Source of the DNA: Planctomycetota bacterium
GTDB taxonomy: Bacteria; Planctomycetota; PLA2; JAEUHO01
Assembly: GCA_965222115.1 (NCBI GenBank)
Contig: CBDCTJ010000007.1
Span: 1,792,001-1,856,000, forward strand
Direction of reading: 5' to 3'
Length of the DNA stretch: 64,000 nucleotides
The notes under the pieces are model-generated. The model saw only the letters and a program-made list of their open reading frames with translations. It searched no databases and was not told the DNA's origin. Numbering within the stretch: position 1 is the stretch's first letter; the number at the start of each line of letters is the position of its first letter. The position numbers and the translations under genes are program-made. Positions 27,801-36,518 of the stretch are shown piece after piece.

Positions 27801-28700
27801 GAGAAGCGAGGCACCGCCGATCGGTTCGCCTTTGACGTCGGTGACCGTGCCCTCGATCGCGCTTCCGGTCGTTGGAATGCGAATCAAGAGTTCGCCCTCA
27901 TAGGGTGTGTCAATCGAAGGACCGTGCAACGAGCGCGTGGCGGAGAGGTAGAGGGTGAAATGGATTCTTCCCGGCGGTGCGGCGGGAATCACAAACGAAC
28001 CGTCATTGGTATTCGTTTTCATAGCGCCCAATGTCCAGTTGCGACGTTCGCCGAAGTCGCTCGACCACCAACGTGCATCAATGGCTGTGCTTACACCCCT
28101 GCCCTTCGCATCAACGACACGGCCTACCAATCGTGACCCTTTCATCACGTACAGGAAGGTCGTGTTGTTCGTTGGTTTCGATTCGTGGACGCTTACCGTT
28201 GCCTTCGTGCCAAACAGGGGGGCACTGGGGCGCGCCGCAAGTTCGAACTTGCCCGGCTTGTTGAAGGCGACGCGGAATGTGCCGTTTTCCTTGCTCGCGA
28301 TGGTCGCGATGACTGGATGCAGCGAGTCAGTCGGTTGATCCATGCGTCGAAGGGATTCGCGGATGGACTCGCTGGGCGATCGGTACCAGGATCTCGGATT
28401 TGAGGGATCCCACGCGCGTCCCGTACGGCGGACTACGATCTTAACGCCCGCCGCGGGTTTGCGGTATTCGTCAAGCACGGTTCCAGCGAGCACGTAGGTG
28501 CCGCTCTCCGATGCCTCGTCCATCACGGCACCCACAGTGCCGCCTCCTTGGAGTTCAGGGCCGCCATCCCCATCGTTCGTAACGGTGGGATCCTCGATAA
28601 AGCCGATGTCTTCGTTTGGTCCCCCGTCGTCCAGGATCAAGTAGTACGCGCCGGCGCCCATAAGCAAGGTCACCAACACCCAGATTGCCGTACGTCCCAT
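24837..28700 (-). CDS. Large membrane-anchored protein with many carboxypeptidase regulatory-like repeats
   Basis: GGGAGG RBS; TM; repeated (I/V)xGxVxDxxGxP...TDxxGxFxIxGLxxGxY units. Confidence 0.9.
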   Translation of the reverse strand: MGRTAIWVLVTLLMGAGAYYLILDDGGPNEDIGFIEDPTVTNDGDGGPELQGGGTVGAVMDEASESGTYVLAGTVLDEYRKPAAGVKIVVRRTGRAWDPSNPRSWYRSPSESIRESLRRMDQPTDSLHPVIATIASKENGTFRVAFNKPGKFELAARPSAPLFGTKATVSVHESKPTNNTTFLYVMKGSRLVGRVVDAKGRGVSTAIDARWWSSDFGERRNWTLGAMKTNTNDGSFVIPAAPPGRIHFTLYLSATRSLHGPSIDTPYEGELLIRIPTTGSAIEGTVTDVKGEPIGGASLLIHVSGKNMDNEESASSATVRALTAADGTYHIANAPHGEVSRVRGIADGFLALQLGPHSPQCTEKSVEHDATLTLDFTMSRGGTVVGRVTEKDSGRPIEDAEVTLFPSRSNRGGTMGARLSTTTDAAGIYRIEGVAIGRYIAVPQKEGYYLPEMVPGASQQVYVPNRVQTGPSTLTVIPTSEGSAFKRDLVLARGHVVRGRVLDSKGTGVESAQIYARGFGLQQVAWQWGIQPGANTNLGKSEADGSFEVSSLPPKAGWVLFAKKQPYAGVYSSPFRLAEDEKTPEVILKLVDGATLRGKVIDSNGEPLQGAQISFWGNGSELAGEQGSKRVGADGTFELTGVPAGDWTINVWMQGRQGTPKQIVDVKPGEVREGIEITIAEGVEVTGVLVDPEGKPVKNQQLMLQGLNGGAWLQGRSDKEGKFAFKGAKKGRVQLIILNSGQSTKLGEPFEAPATDVRIVYEEPETATIQGRIIGPNDKLIPVCSVSIAGVNDSRSANAFIEVSGSRGFDVMNGEFTHRVSGAPPFTVRVASARDASGKPLNLMPESKKVDDPSGTVVIKLRAGMEISGIVVDEKGKGVPGLPLRVGETDSVTGPDGRFSVGGLRKGMRNVHLSRPPGYVRPPRRQVKAGTTDVRIELSRGVAIKGTALGPDDEPLKQGNVSANWKASGATMRGSSSGQVQADGSFVIEGIPEHVRCNLTLQVWNHQGGQTFAPTTVHDVAPGTDDLVIKIGSGLALEGVVIDADGEPVTQRFVTAQTKKSKEHAGWVRTDSKGRWKIAGLKAETYLVNVMRSQGQAAPDPIEVVAPKTGIRIQLPKTISMGGRIVGMPADEANSWRVTAYRAGKLIGSTRPKSDGSWTMNTIADGSAIVFAAQSSLYTRYARSEPMRGAKHDVVLRLVEGNAISGIVDGDGDGLDNVAISVEAEGQDPWHAGGQLDKQNGTFTIRGLPPGRYKVIGRRYLKPMALGERTGIEAGTDGVRITLRKTN

Positions 28701-29009
28701 AGTGCCTCCCTTGACGAGGATAGCACTCAACCGAGGGTCGCCGGTCGTCGTTCAATGATGATTGCGCTCTAGGTTCCCGCGTGTCGTCCCATTGACTGTT
28801 TTCAGCACTCAACAAGAGAGGGTCCGATCCGTGACGGTCGGCGTGCTCAAAACGGAAGTCGCTCCGCGCCTGCATACGCGGCGCGGAGCGACGTGCATAC
28901 GGCGAAGCGCGTCTTAGATCGGATCGAACACCTGCAGGAAGAAGTATTCGGCCGTGTCTGCATTCAGCATACTGAACAGATTGCGTTGCGGCATAATCGG
29001 GGAGCAGCT

Positions 29010-30689
29010 ATGGCGAATCTTGCACGTCAACGAATCGGATTCTTGGTTCTGATCGCAGCGGCAATTCTTGGTGCCGCCTATCTATGGTTTGGCGCCGACG
29101 AGTCAGTGCTCGGGCCTGAGGTCGACGTTGCTACGCAGCCAAGTCCGTCGATTGAGAATGAGCCCGCGCTCAAGGGGCAGGCAAACTCACGTTCGAAGCA
29201 GAGCAGAACGAAGAAACCTGCAACGCACCGGAAGAATCGCGAAGCAAAGAAGACGCCAGTAACCGATGCGCACCCAGTTGGCCCTACTCGATTGAAGGGA
29301 CGAATCGTTGTCGAAGGCGATGAGCAGCCCAGCGGACTTCGCGCCATTCTTATCCTAAACGGAGGTCTTCCATTCCCTCATCCGACGAACGACAAGAAAA
29401 ACGTTCAGTTTGAGCTCCCGCTCGACGCCGATGGCTACTTCGACATCGACGTGCTGGGAGGAGAGCGCGCGGGGCTGTGGGTGATGAGTGTGCATGGCGC
29501 TCTTGCGCACAAGGAGATTCGACTGCGTGCAAATGAGGCGGGTATTGTAGACCTTGGAACGACCAAGATTCCTGCATTTCGGCTCGTTCATCTCCGCGTA
29601 CACGGCCTTGGCCAATCAAGCGGCTTTCCAATGTTTCGACGCACGGTCCGCGCGCGACGACTGTATCCAATGGAGAGCCGCGTGGTCTTCGGCCTTGTAG
29701 GACGATCTTGGCAGCGCGTGCTCGTTCCCGGCTTGATGATCCAAGATCACTCGGATGGCTCGAAGAAGTACGAATTCCTGCTGGAGAGCGAGGCTCCCTA
29801 TTCCTTCGTATTGTACGACTCCGATGGTGAGCGCGGCGACGCAGCGTTTCAGATCGACGAATACGTGGCGCCAAACCATGTACATCACTGGTACTTGAAT
29901 CTGGCGCGCTTGAGGTTGGATCGTTCGGCCCTTAGCGACACTGTGCAACGTGGCGGGTTGGTGTATATCAACGCTGGGGCGACCTGGGAGCACTTGCTTA
30001 CGAGTAAAGAGTATCTTGTTTCTCCTAAGCAATCGGTCGGCGTGAGGCTGGAGACGAAAGCGGGACTCTTTGAAACCACGATTGAAACGCCCGAGGCTGG
30101 TCGACTTGTTACGTGGCATCTCAAACCCAAAACGAAGACTGGCAGTGTCAAGATCGAAGTGCGAGCACCGGACGGATCCGTTCCCTCGGAATCCGAGTTT
30201 CACGTTTCGCTCGTTGGCACGGATCCCGTGCGAAGTTGGCGTGGCAGCACCGAGGATCGCGAGCCTATTGCCAGGATCGACAACCTGCCCATCGGTGAGT
30301 ACGAGCTAACGATTGGCGCCTGGCAAGACGGGAGCGATGGTGCACTAGTTGCGATGGACACGCGATTTGAAGTCCGTGAGGGCAAAGTCACGACTGTAAA
30401 GCCGACTCTTCGTCCGGAGCGCGAGGTTATGGGGAACGTCATCGTCGCGTTGAATAAGGCGGATACGGAATCACCCACCGGCTTTCATATCATGCTGCGG
30501 CGCCGCGATGAGTCAGAACGTCTTGTTGCCAACGAACGTATCGGCAGCAGGGCATACAGGGCATCCCTGCGCGCCGGGGAGTACTTGCTGCACGCGTCCG
30601 CCGTCGGGCATGAATCTCAAGAGCTACGCGTGCTCATCCAGTCGGGCGGTACTACACGTGTAAGTGTGTATCTGGAATCGATCGAGTAA
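29010..30689 (+). CDS. N-terminally anchored beta-sandwich protein (paralog 2)
   Basis: GGAG RBS, ATG 29010; TM; EPALKG; TTIETPEAGRLVTWHLK matches TTLRTPEAGQLVTWRLK of paralog 1. Confidence 0.8.
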   Translation: MANLARQRIGFLVLIAAAILGAAYLWFGADESVLGPEVDVATQPSPSIENEPALKGQANSRSKQSRTKKPATHRKNREAKKTPVTDAHPVGPTRLKGRIVVEGDEQPSGLRAILILNGGLPFPHPTNDKKNVQFELPLDADGYFDIDVLGGERAGLWVMSVHGALAHKEIRLRANEAGIVDLGTTKIPAFRLVHLRVHGLGQSSGFPMFRRTVRARRLYPMESRVVFGLVGRSWQRVLVPGLMIQDHSDGSKKYEFLLESEAPYSFVLYDSDGERGDAAFQIDEYVAPNHVHHWYLNLARLRLDRSALSDTVQRGGLVYINAGATWEHLLTSKEYLVSPKQSVGVRLETKAGLFETTIETPEAGRLVTWHLKPKTKTGSVKIEVRAPDGSVPSESEFHVSLVGTDPVRSWRGSTEDREPIARIDNLPIGEYELTIGAWQDGSDGALVAMDTRFEVREGKVTTVKPTLRPEREVMGNVIVALNKADTESPTGFHIMLRRRDESERLVANERIGSRAYRASLRAGEYLLHASAVGHESQELRVLIQSGGTTRVSVYLESIE

Positions 30690-30760
30690 CCCTTCGCTAA
30701 GGCGTGCTCGCCCCTCCTCATACGATCGAGTTCGAATGTCCATCTATGAAGCGACGATGC

Positions 30761-32203
30761 TCACTCCTCCAACGACGCATCTTCCCACGTCACTATAGTG
30801 CCGCTCAGTGTCCCGCTGACTTTGACGAGTGTGGTTGGTGTAGCAGCGGCGAAGAAGGCAGCGCGTCCGAGGACCGTTTCGTCAACATCTTCAAAATCGG
30901 CATCGCCGAGTCCCGACGTGTTGATTGACACGCCGAGGATCGAAAGCGTGGGATTGCTCGGTGGGGGCGACGAGTCAATCGGGCCTTGAAGTTCTACGTC
31001 TGTGTTGGGATCGTCTTCGTCGATGGACGTTGCGAGTACGGATGTTGCACCCGAAATGCGCCCTCGAACTTGTACGTGGTCTCCAATGCTGAGATCGGCG
31101 AACGAGCTAGCATCGCCGTCATAGCTTGTGGCGGCGTTGGTGTCGATAGAGATTCCCGGTAGTCCGACCAATGTGATGGTGCTGCCGGCAACGGTCGCAA
31201 TATCCGACTCGAGTTTAATCGGATCCGCAAACTCGATGCGGTTGGCCATGAGGATGCCGCCGACAATTGGTCCCTCCGCCTCGACTTTGGTGCCTAGCAG
31301 AATGTCATCGGCCGTGCCGCCTTCGAAAACGGTAGCGCCGGTGACCTCAACGGGCTGTGAATCCACATCAAACTCGGTCGGCGACGCGATGGATGTCACA
31401 AAACCTTCCACAGAAGCGTCGTCGACGTTGCTTGGCGTTCCATCATCGTTGAGTTTTATCCGAGTTGCGGTGAGTTCCCCTGAACCGCCGAGTGGCAAAT
31501 CGCCGCGTACCTCCACAATCAGCCCATTGCTTGGCGCCCCACCCGGCAAGTCCGATGTGTCCGCCGTCGCGTAGTCCACAAGTTGCGCGCCAACAAAGAA
31601 CGTCATGGCGATTGCATCGTGACTCTCTATTTGCCCTACAACTCGCAGTTCAGAAGGCGTGTCTTCGCGTTCAATGCGCGTGGCAGTAACTTCGCCCGGG
31701 GACTTGTAAAATCCGTACAACTCTACAAAGTCGTTTATTGCTAGACCATCGAGGGAAGCTGGCGTTATGCCGCCATCGAACACGGTGCTTGCCGTGATCG
31801 CCACCATTTGGCCGAGCACGACAAACGTGGATCCATCCACCTTTGCCGTAATGGGACCCTTTAGAACCTCTTCAATGGTGACGTTTGTCGCCGTCCCCGT
31901 GCCGGTAGCGCTATCAAATAGTCCGTCAACGGCAGCAACCATGCCCGCACGCACATCACCTTGGGAGACCGGCATGCCACTAATTGTGATTGCAGCGCTC
32001 GAAGCATCGAACGCAACGCCATCGATGACGACCGATCCATCTTGTTCAATGACGCCGGTGCGAAATGTGGGCTTTCCCGTACCGCTAATGCCGCCGCCGA
32101 ATGTAGCGCCGCCGCCGCCACCGCCACATCCGGACACCATTAAGAGACTTGTGGCCAACACGGCAACACGAAACAAAACGTTGTGAAAATGGATGCTACT
32201 CAT
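30761..32203 (-). CDS. DUF5666 repeat lipoprotein
   Basis: Lipobox VSGC, GGISGTG, repeated xxGxIxx...LxxGxxVEVxG...ATRIE units; acidic. Confidence 0.85.
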   Translation of the reverse strand: MSSIHFHNVLFRVAVLATSLLMVSGCGGGGGGATFGGGISGTGKPTFRTGVIEQDGSVVIDGVAFDASSAAITISGMPVSQGDVRAGMVAAVDGLFDSATGTGTATNVTIEEVLKGPITAKVDGSTFVVLGQMVAITASTVFDGGITPASLDGLAINDFVELYGFYKSPGEVTATRIEREDTPSELRVVGQIESHDAIAMTFFVGAQLVDYATADTSDLPGGAPSNGLIVEVRGDLPLGGSGELTATRIKLNDDGTPSNVDDASVEGFVTSIASPTEFDVDSQPVEVTGATVFEGGTADDILLGTKVEAEGPIVGGILMANRIEFADPIKLESDIATVAGSTITLVGLPGISIDTNAATSYDGDASSFADLSIGDHVQVRGRISGATSVLATSIDEDDPNTDVELQGPIDSSPPPSNPTLSILGVSINTSGLGDADFEDVDETVLGRAAFFAAATPTTLVKVSGTLSGTIVTWEDASLEE

Positions 32204-33057
32204 TGCGAATCCTCGGGATCTTCACTGGTATTGGATTGATTGTCTCGATGCGACACAGGGCGGTTGTCAAAGTAGAAGACACCCATGCCCGCCGTATGGC
32301 GGCCTGTTCCTTCTGCGCTGGGGTTGGCGTCGCGATCGTGCTTTGCCATCTCAGCATCTAGGCGCTCAAGCAACGTTTGTCCATGTTTAACAATGAACTG
32401 ATGAATGATCGGAAGCGACTCTTCCGGAAGGTTGTCATACAGCACGCGTCGCTGAAATTTGGGTGCGGTACCCTGTGTGAGATTGTGTTGAATGGTCTGA
32501 ATTAGACCGCCGACGTCGGTACCCAAGACTTCCAATGCCTGGGGTTCGCTCGTGCGGGGCACATACGCACGCGCCAAAAGTTTGACGCGCTTCTTGTCGA
32601 TGACTTGGGCGGTTTCGACGCGCTCCAATTCATCAAGTACAGCTCGCGTGGGCACATCGCCACCGAACTCTCGCACAAGTGAATCGAAACTTGGCTCGTC
32701 TCCATCGATTGGAAGTTCGAGGGGTAGACCGCAGTCATCGGTGTAGCGGTCCTCGCGAATCCAGCCCGTAACCACACGCGCCGCGCGGTGGTGGCGAGAT
32801 CGTTCTGCCTTCGCCGTCGGTCGTTGGGTGTCACGAATGCGAGCGATGTCTTTGCGTGTCAAACCCGTGAGTACCGACAGGCGAGACGTTGACATTTTGC
32901 GGCCTTCCACCGGTCCCTGCGCTTCACCCGCCTCGACGAATGCAAATTTCGCCCACTCCGAAAACGTTCGGAACGGGATGCCGTGCTCAACGAGAAGTCC
33001 AGCCAATGGCTTGAGCAGGCGAACTACGGCGTCGGCCAGGGGATCGCTCGAACTCAT
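32200..33057 (-). CDS. DUF6502 family protein (probable HTH regulator)
   Basis: LLKPLAGLL..GI, SRLSVLTGLTRKDI (HTH), RVVTGW..D..Y, SFDSLV, AVLDEL, FQRRVLYDNL; overlaps DUF5666 start. Confidence 0.85.
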   Translation of the reverse strand: MSSSDPLADAVVRLLKPLAGLLVEHGIPFRTFSEWAKFAFVEAGEAQGPVEGRKMSTSRLSVLTGLTRKDIARIRDTQRPTAKAERSRHHRAARVVTGWIREDRYTDDCGLPLELPIDGDEPSFDSLVREFGGDVPTRAVLDELERVETAQVIDKKRVKLLARAYVPRTSEPQALEVLGTDVGGLIQTIQHNLTQGTAPKFQRRVLYDNLPEESLPIIHQFIVKHGQTLLERLDAEMAKHDRDANPSAEGTGRHTAGMGVFYFDNRPVSHRDNQSNTSEDPEDSQ

Positions 33058-33058
33058 G

Positions 33059-33119
33059 TTGGGAAAATAATCCCAAAATTTATCTTGGCAAGTCCTATAT
33101 TTTGGGATATTTTTCCCAA
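33059..33119. promoter_or_regulatory. Pair of 18-bp palindromic operators TTGGGA-N6-TCCCAA plus leaderless promoter of DUF6502
   Basis: TTGGGAAAATAATCCCAA (33059-33076) and TTGGGATATTTTTCCCAA (33102-33119); minus-strand TTGCCA-N16-TATTTT-N6-ATG. Confidence 0.8.
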
Positions 33120-33161
33120 ATATGGTCGCGTCTCGGTGACTCGGCCCTGAAAGGAGCCCAA

Positions 33162-34328
33162 ATGAACTGTTCGAGCCTCTTGAATGTCACGGTTGGCTTA
33201 GCACTTCTCCTCGCGATCCCCGGATGTGGAGGATCGGGCGGAGGCGGTAATGGCGGACCATCTGGAACACTCTCCACACTGACGCGTGGCAACATCACGT
33301 CGGTCGATGGGGACTCGGGAAACGTCGCAGACGTACTTGTGCACGTGCCCATGCTGGGCCGTTCGGCGCGCAGCGCCATCGATGGGACTTTTGATCTGGG
33401 CGCGCTGCCCGCCGCGGTCGTGGAATTGACGTTTGCTGCTCCCAATGGAACGACGGATGCAGTTCCCGTTGATCTGTCACGCGGTGGGAGCGCAGTGATT
33501 CGCGTAGCGCTAGACCGACGGGACGGCACCCGAACCAGTGTCGAGTCGTGCGATGGCGAAGACGGTGAGAATGAAACGCGCGCCGCGTTGCAGTCGATCT
33601 CGCCTCCCGTGACCGGCCACGTAGACATTCGTGCACGTACAAGCGGCGACATGAAACTGGAGATGGAGGCAGAGCATCTCGTGCCCGGTCAACTAGTTGA
33701 GTTCTTTGTTGCCGATGCGAGCGGTGCTGAGGTCAGTCTTGGTGTTGTCGCGGCTAACGCATTGGGTGATTCGGAAGTCGAGATCGAAACCGAGCACGGA
33801 GGCGTTCTTCCATTTGGCGTGGACGACGTGCGCGACCTCGAAGGTTTCGATGTAACCGTACGCGATGTCTCGTCCGGGAGCGATCTGCTTACAGGCGAGA
33901 TTCCCGCTCTGGGGATCGTGCCTTCGAGTTGCGGCAATGGGGGTGGAGGCGGCGACGATGATACCGACAACAGAGGGCGTCGGCGTCTAACCAATGCACC
34001 GGGCGTGACGGGCGAAGCCGATGTTGAACTCGAAAGTCGACCTGATCGCGGTGAAGAGGAGTTCGAAGTGAAGGTGGAATTCACCAATGTGACCGGCGGC
34101 TTGGAAGTATTCCTAGAGGGTGATTCCAGAGCACTGGAAAGCATCGGCGTGCTCACGTTGGACGACGACGGTGATCTCAAACTTGAGTTCGAAACCGACG
34201 ACGGCGATACGCTGCCCTTTGGCGTTTCGAGTGTGTCTGAACTTGTCGGACGCGCGATCGAGATTCGTCGCGTGAGTGACGGTACAGTTGCTTACAGCGG
34301 AATTACGCCTCCCATGAATCCATCGTAG
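33162..34328 (+). CDS. Acidic lipoprotein with two internal repeats (LPFGVxxVxxLxG)
   Basis: AAGGAG RBS; lipobox IPGC; repeats ETEHGGVLPFGVDDVRDLEG and ETDDGDTLPFGVSSVSELVG. Confidence 0.8.
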   Translation: MNCSSLLNVTVGLALLLAIPGCGGSGGGGNGGPSGTLSTLTRGNITSVDGDSGNVADVLVHVPMLGRSARSAIDGTFDLGALPAAVVELTFAAPNGTTDAVPVDLSRGGSAVIRVALDRRDGTRTSVESCDGEDGENETRAALQSISPPVTGHVDIRARTSGDMKLEMEAEHLVPGQLVEFFVADASGAEVSLGVVAANALGDSEVEIETEHGGVLPFGVDDVRDLEGFDVTVRDVSSGSDLLTGEIPALGIVPSSCGNGGGGGDDDTDNRGRRRLTNAPGVTGEADVELESRPDRGEEEFEVKVEFTNVTGGLEVFLEGDSRALESIGVLTLDDDGDLKLEFETDDGDTLPFGVSSVSELVGRAIEIRRVSDGTVAYSGITPPMNPS

Positions 34329-34420
34329 CCATCGAATCCTTGGCCGTGCCCGACGCGAAGATCGTGTTGGGCACCGCTCTAATTTCGCGTGAGCGTCGCG
34401 GCGATCGTTAGAGTGATCTC

Positions 34421-36397
34421 ATGTCGAGCCGATCGTCGCCACGCCTAAGAAGAGCAGTACTCTTGGCGTTAGCGCTGTTGGGTGTGTTGCTGTTGGTTTG
34501 GTTGCTCGTTGTTCTGCCCGAGCTTGAGCAGTCTGAAGTCGAACTCCAAGACGACACTGCAAATGCAGCCACGAGTGACAACCAGAGCTTGAGCGCCGGT
34601 GACGGTGGCCCCCAACTCAAGGGCCAAGATGCTTCACTTACCTCGACGCGAAACGACGAATCGGAATCCAACTCGAAATCAACGTTAGCTCGTCGTGTAT
34701 ACGGCACGGTCAAAGACGATGAAGGTCGGCCCGTCGTTGGTGCGCGCATCGATGTTAGAGTACATTGGAGTGATTGGGCCGCGATGCCCCTGAGCATGTA
34801 CGAACTCGCGCCTCCAATTTTGACCAATCAAGACGGCGGTTATTCGGTTGATCTCAATCGAATCGCAGATATTTCACCTCGCGTAGAGTGGATTTCAGTA
34901 CAAGCGATTGCGTCGGGCCATATCTGCAAGTCACGAACGTTCGTGTTGAAAGTCTCGCCGCATCAAGTCCAGTGTGATTTCGTAGCAGATTGCCGCGGCA
35001 TTGGTTTACGTGGGAGGCTTCTTGACAATGACGGTCGTCCTTTACCGCACACCTCGTTTAGAGTCGTCAAGCTGCCACGCTTGCCTACTTCAGGAGGCGA
35101 ACACGTTGTATGGCGTATAGTCGGAAAATTGCGGCCCGATAGTGCAGGTCGATTCATGTTCACATTGGACGAGTCAGGTAGCTACGCGATTTTGTATGTC
35201 TTGGACAAACGCTGTGTGCACATTCACCCGTTCGAGGTTTCCAATATTCAAGCGGGCGTCGTTGATCTTGCAGAGATTCGGAGTCCCGATGCACACTCAC
35301 TCGATGTGAATTGCTACGCATCGGGTGTCCGATTTGACCCATTACTTCAAATTGAGCCATTGGGGGTGAAGGCGAGCGCGGGGCCAAGCGAATCTTCCAG
35401 AGTGGCCGTCTTAGTCAATGGTGTATGGCGAGTTAGTCCAGCTAAGGCGGTAAGTGAGTCGGCGGGCAAAGAGGACGGGCCATCGGCAAGCTTCTATCCT
35501 CTATACGACGCCTCCTATCAAATACGTGCTTCAGGGTCACACGTGCACGCAAGCTGCCAAATGCAACGCAGCATCAATCCGCCGTTTCCAGCTAACATCG
35601 ATCTTCAGCTGACTGGATCCGTAGTTGCATTTCGCTGGAGTCGTAAGCCTATGGCTTGGAAGCTTCCAGGGTTGATTGTTCACGAGAAAGGTCGGTGGCG
35701 TGACCTGGTCGGCTATGACAACTATTTAGCACCCGCGAACACTGAACTGACCGTTGGTGTCAAGTGCGAAGGAGGGAAGTACGTGCTACACGAGTTCGTT
35801 TCCCCGCCGGAGGGCAGCCGCATGACTTGGAGCGTACCCGATTTGAAATTCGGTGGGTCCGTTTCCATTCGCGTAATTGATGAGCACGGGAAGCCGATAC
35901 CCGCTGAACTCGAAGTGCACCGCGTCGGAGATCAGGCGCGCACGCAAAAATCGCTGAGTTATCACGGTAGTCCTGAAGATCTGGTCTTTGACCGAGTTCC
36001 TATCGGCCGTTATCTGCTTAGAAATCGTGTATACGATGAGGCGAACTACTCAATTGAATCGTACACAGAGTTTGAAATTGAAGCGAGCCAGCGCTCCGAC
36101 GTGGTGCTTGCCTTAACGCGCGGCGGCCGCGCGCGGTTTGAGATCACTCCTGCGGTTGCGGACTCAGTTCCTTATGTAGATCTGCGCATGGTTCCACGTT
36201 TGCCTGACGAGCACGAGCATTGGGTTCATACAGATTCGGGGAGATTCCTGACGAGGACGAGGGATCCTGTGCCCGCTGGAACTTACGTTGCAACTATTGG
36301 CCTCAATGGAACTCGAGAGATTCAGCGTGAGGTAGTAGTCAAGAAAGGAGAGATCACTGTCGTACGCGTGGACTTGCGCGAGAAGTCGGCCAAGTAG
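34421..36397 (+). CDS. N-terminally anchored beta-sandwich protein (paralog 3)
   Basis: TM; GPQLKG; VYGTVKDDEGRPVVGA; DRVPIGRY; VPAGTY; VKKGEITVVRVDL. Confidence 0.8.
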   Translation: MSSRSSPRLRRAVLLALALLGVLLLVWLLVVLPELEQSEVELQDDTANAATSDNQSLSAGDGGPQLKGQDASLTSTRNDESESNSKSTLARRVYGTVKDDEGRPVVGARIDVRVHWSDWAAMPLSMYELAPPILTNQDGGYSVDLNRIADISPRVEWISVQAIASGHICKSRTFVLKVSPHQVQCDFVADCRGIGLRGRLLDNDGRPLPHTSFRVVKLPRLPTSGGEHVVWRIVGKLRPDSAGRFMFTLDESGSYAILYVLDKRCVHIHPFEVSNIQAGVVDLAEIRSPDAHSLDVNCYASGVRFDPLLQIEPLGVKASAGPSESSRVAVLVNGVWRVSPAKAVSESAGKEDGPSASFYPLYDASYQIRASGSHVHASCQMQRSINPPFPANIDLQLTGSVVAFRWSRKPMAWKLPGLIVHEKGRWRDLVGYDNYLAPANTELTVGVKCEGGKYVLHEFVSPPEGSRMTWSVPDLKFGGSVSIRVIDEHGKPIPAELEVHRVGDQARTQKSLSYHGSPEDLVFDRVPIGRYLLRNRVYDEANYSIESYTEFEIEASQRSDVVLALTRGGRARFEITPAVADSVPYVDLRMVPRLPDEHEHWVHTDSGRFLTRTRDPVPAGTYVATIGLNGTREIQREVVVKKGEITVVRVDLREKSAK

Positions 36398-36518
36398 ATC
36401 GGGGGCCGGGCCTATCAAGACCCGCCGGCTTGGCAAGGGGCCTTGCCACTCATGGGAAACCCTGCGGTTCCGTGTTTGAATCCTCGCGCTCCGCAGTGGG
36501 GCCAGGATCCAGATCATT

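Noticed and set aside
21827-36400. Integrated element at tRNA-Ser
   Set aside because: No integrase or transposase, and no duplicated tRNA 3' end found by eye; only gene content suggests an accessory region
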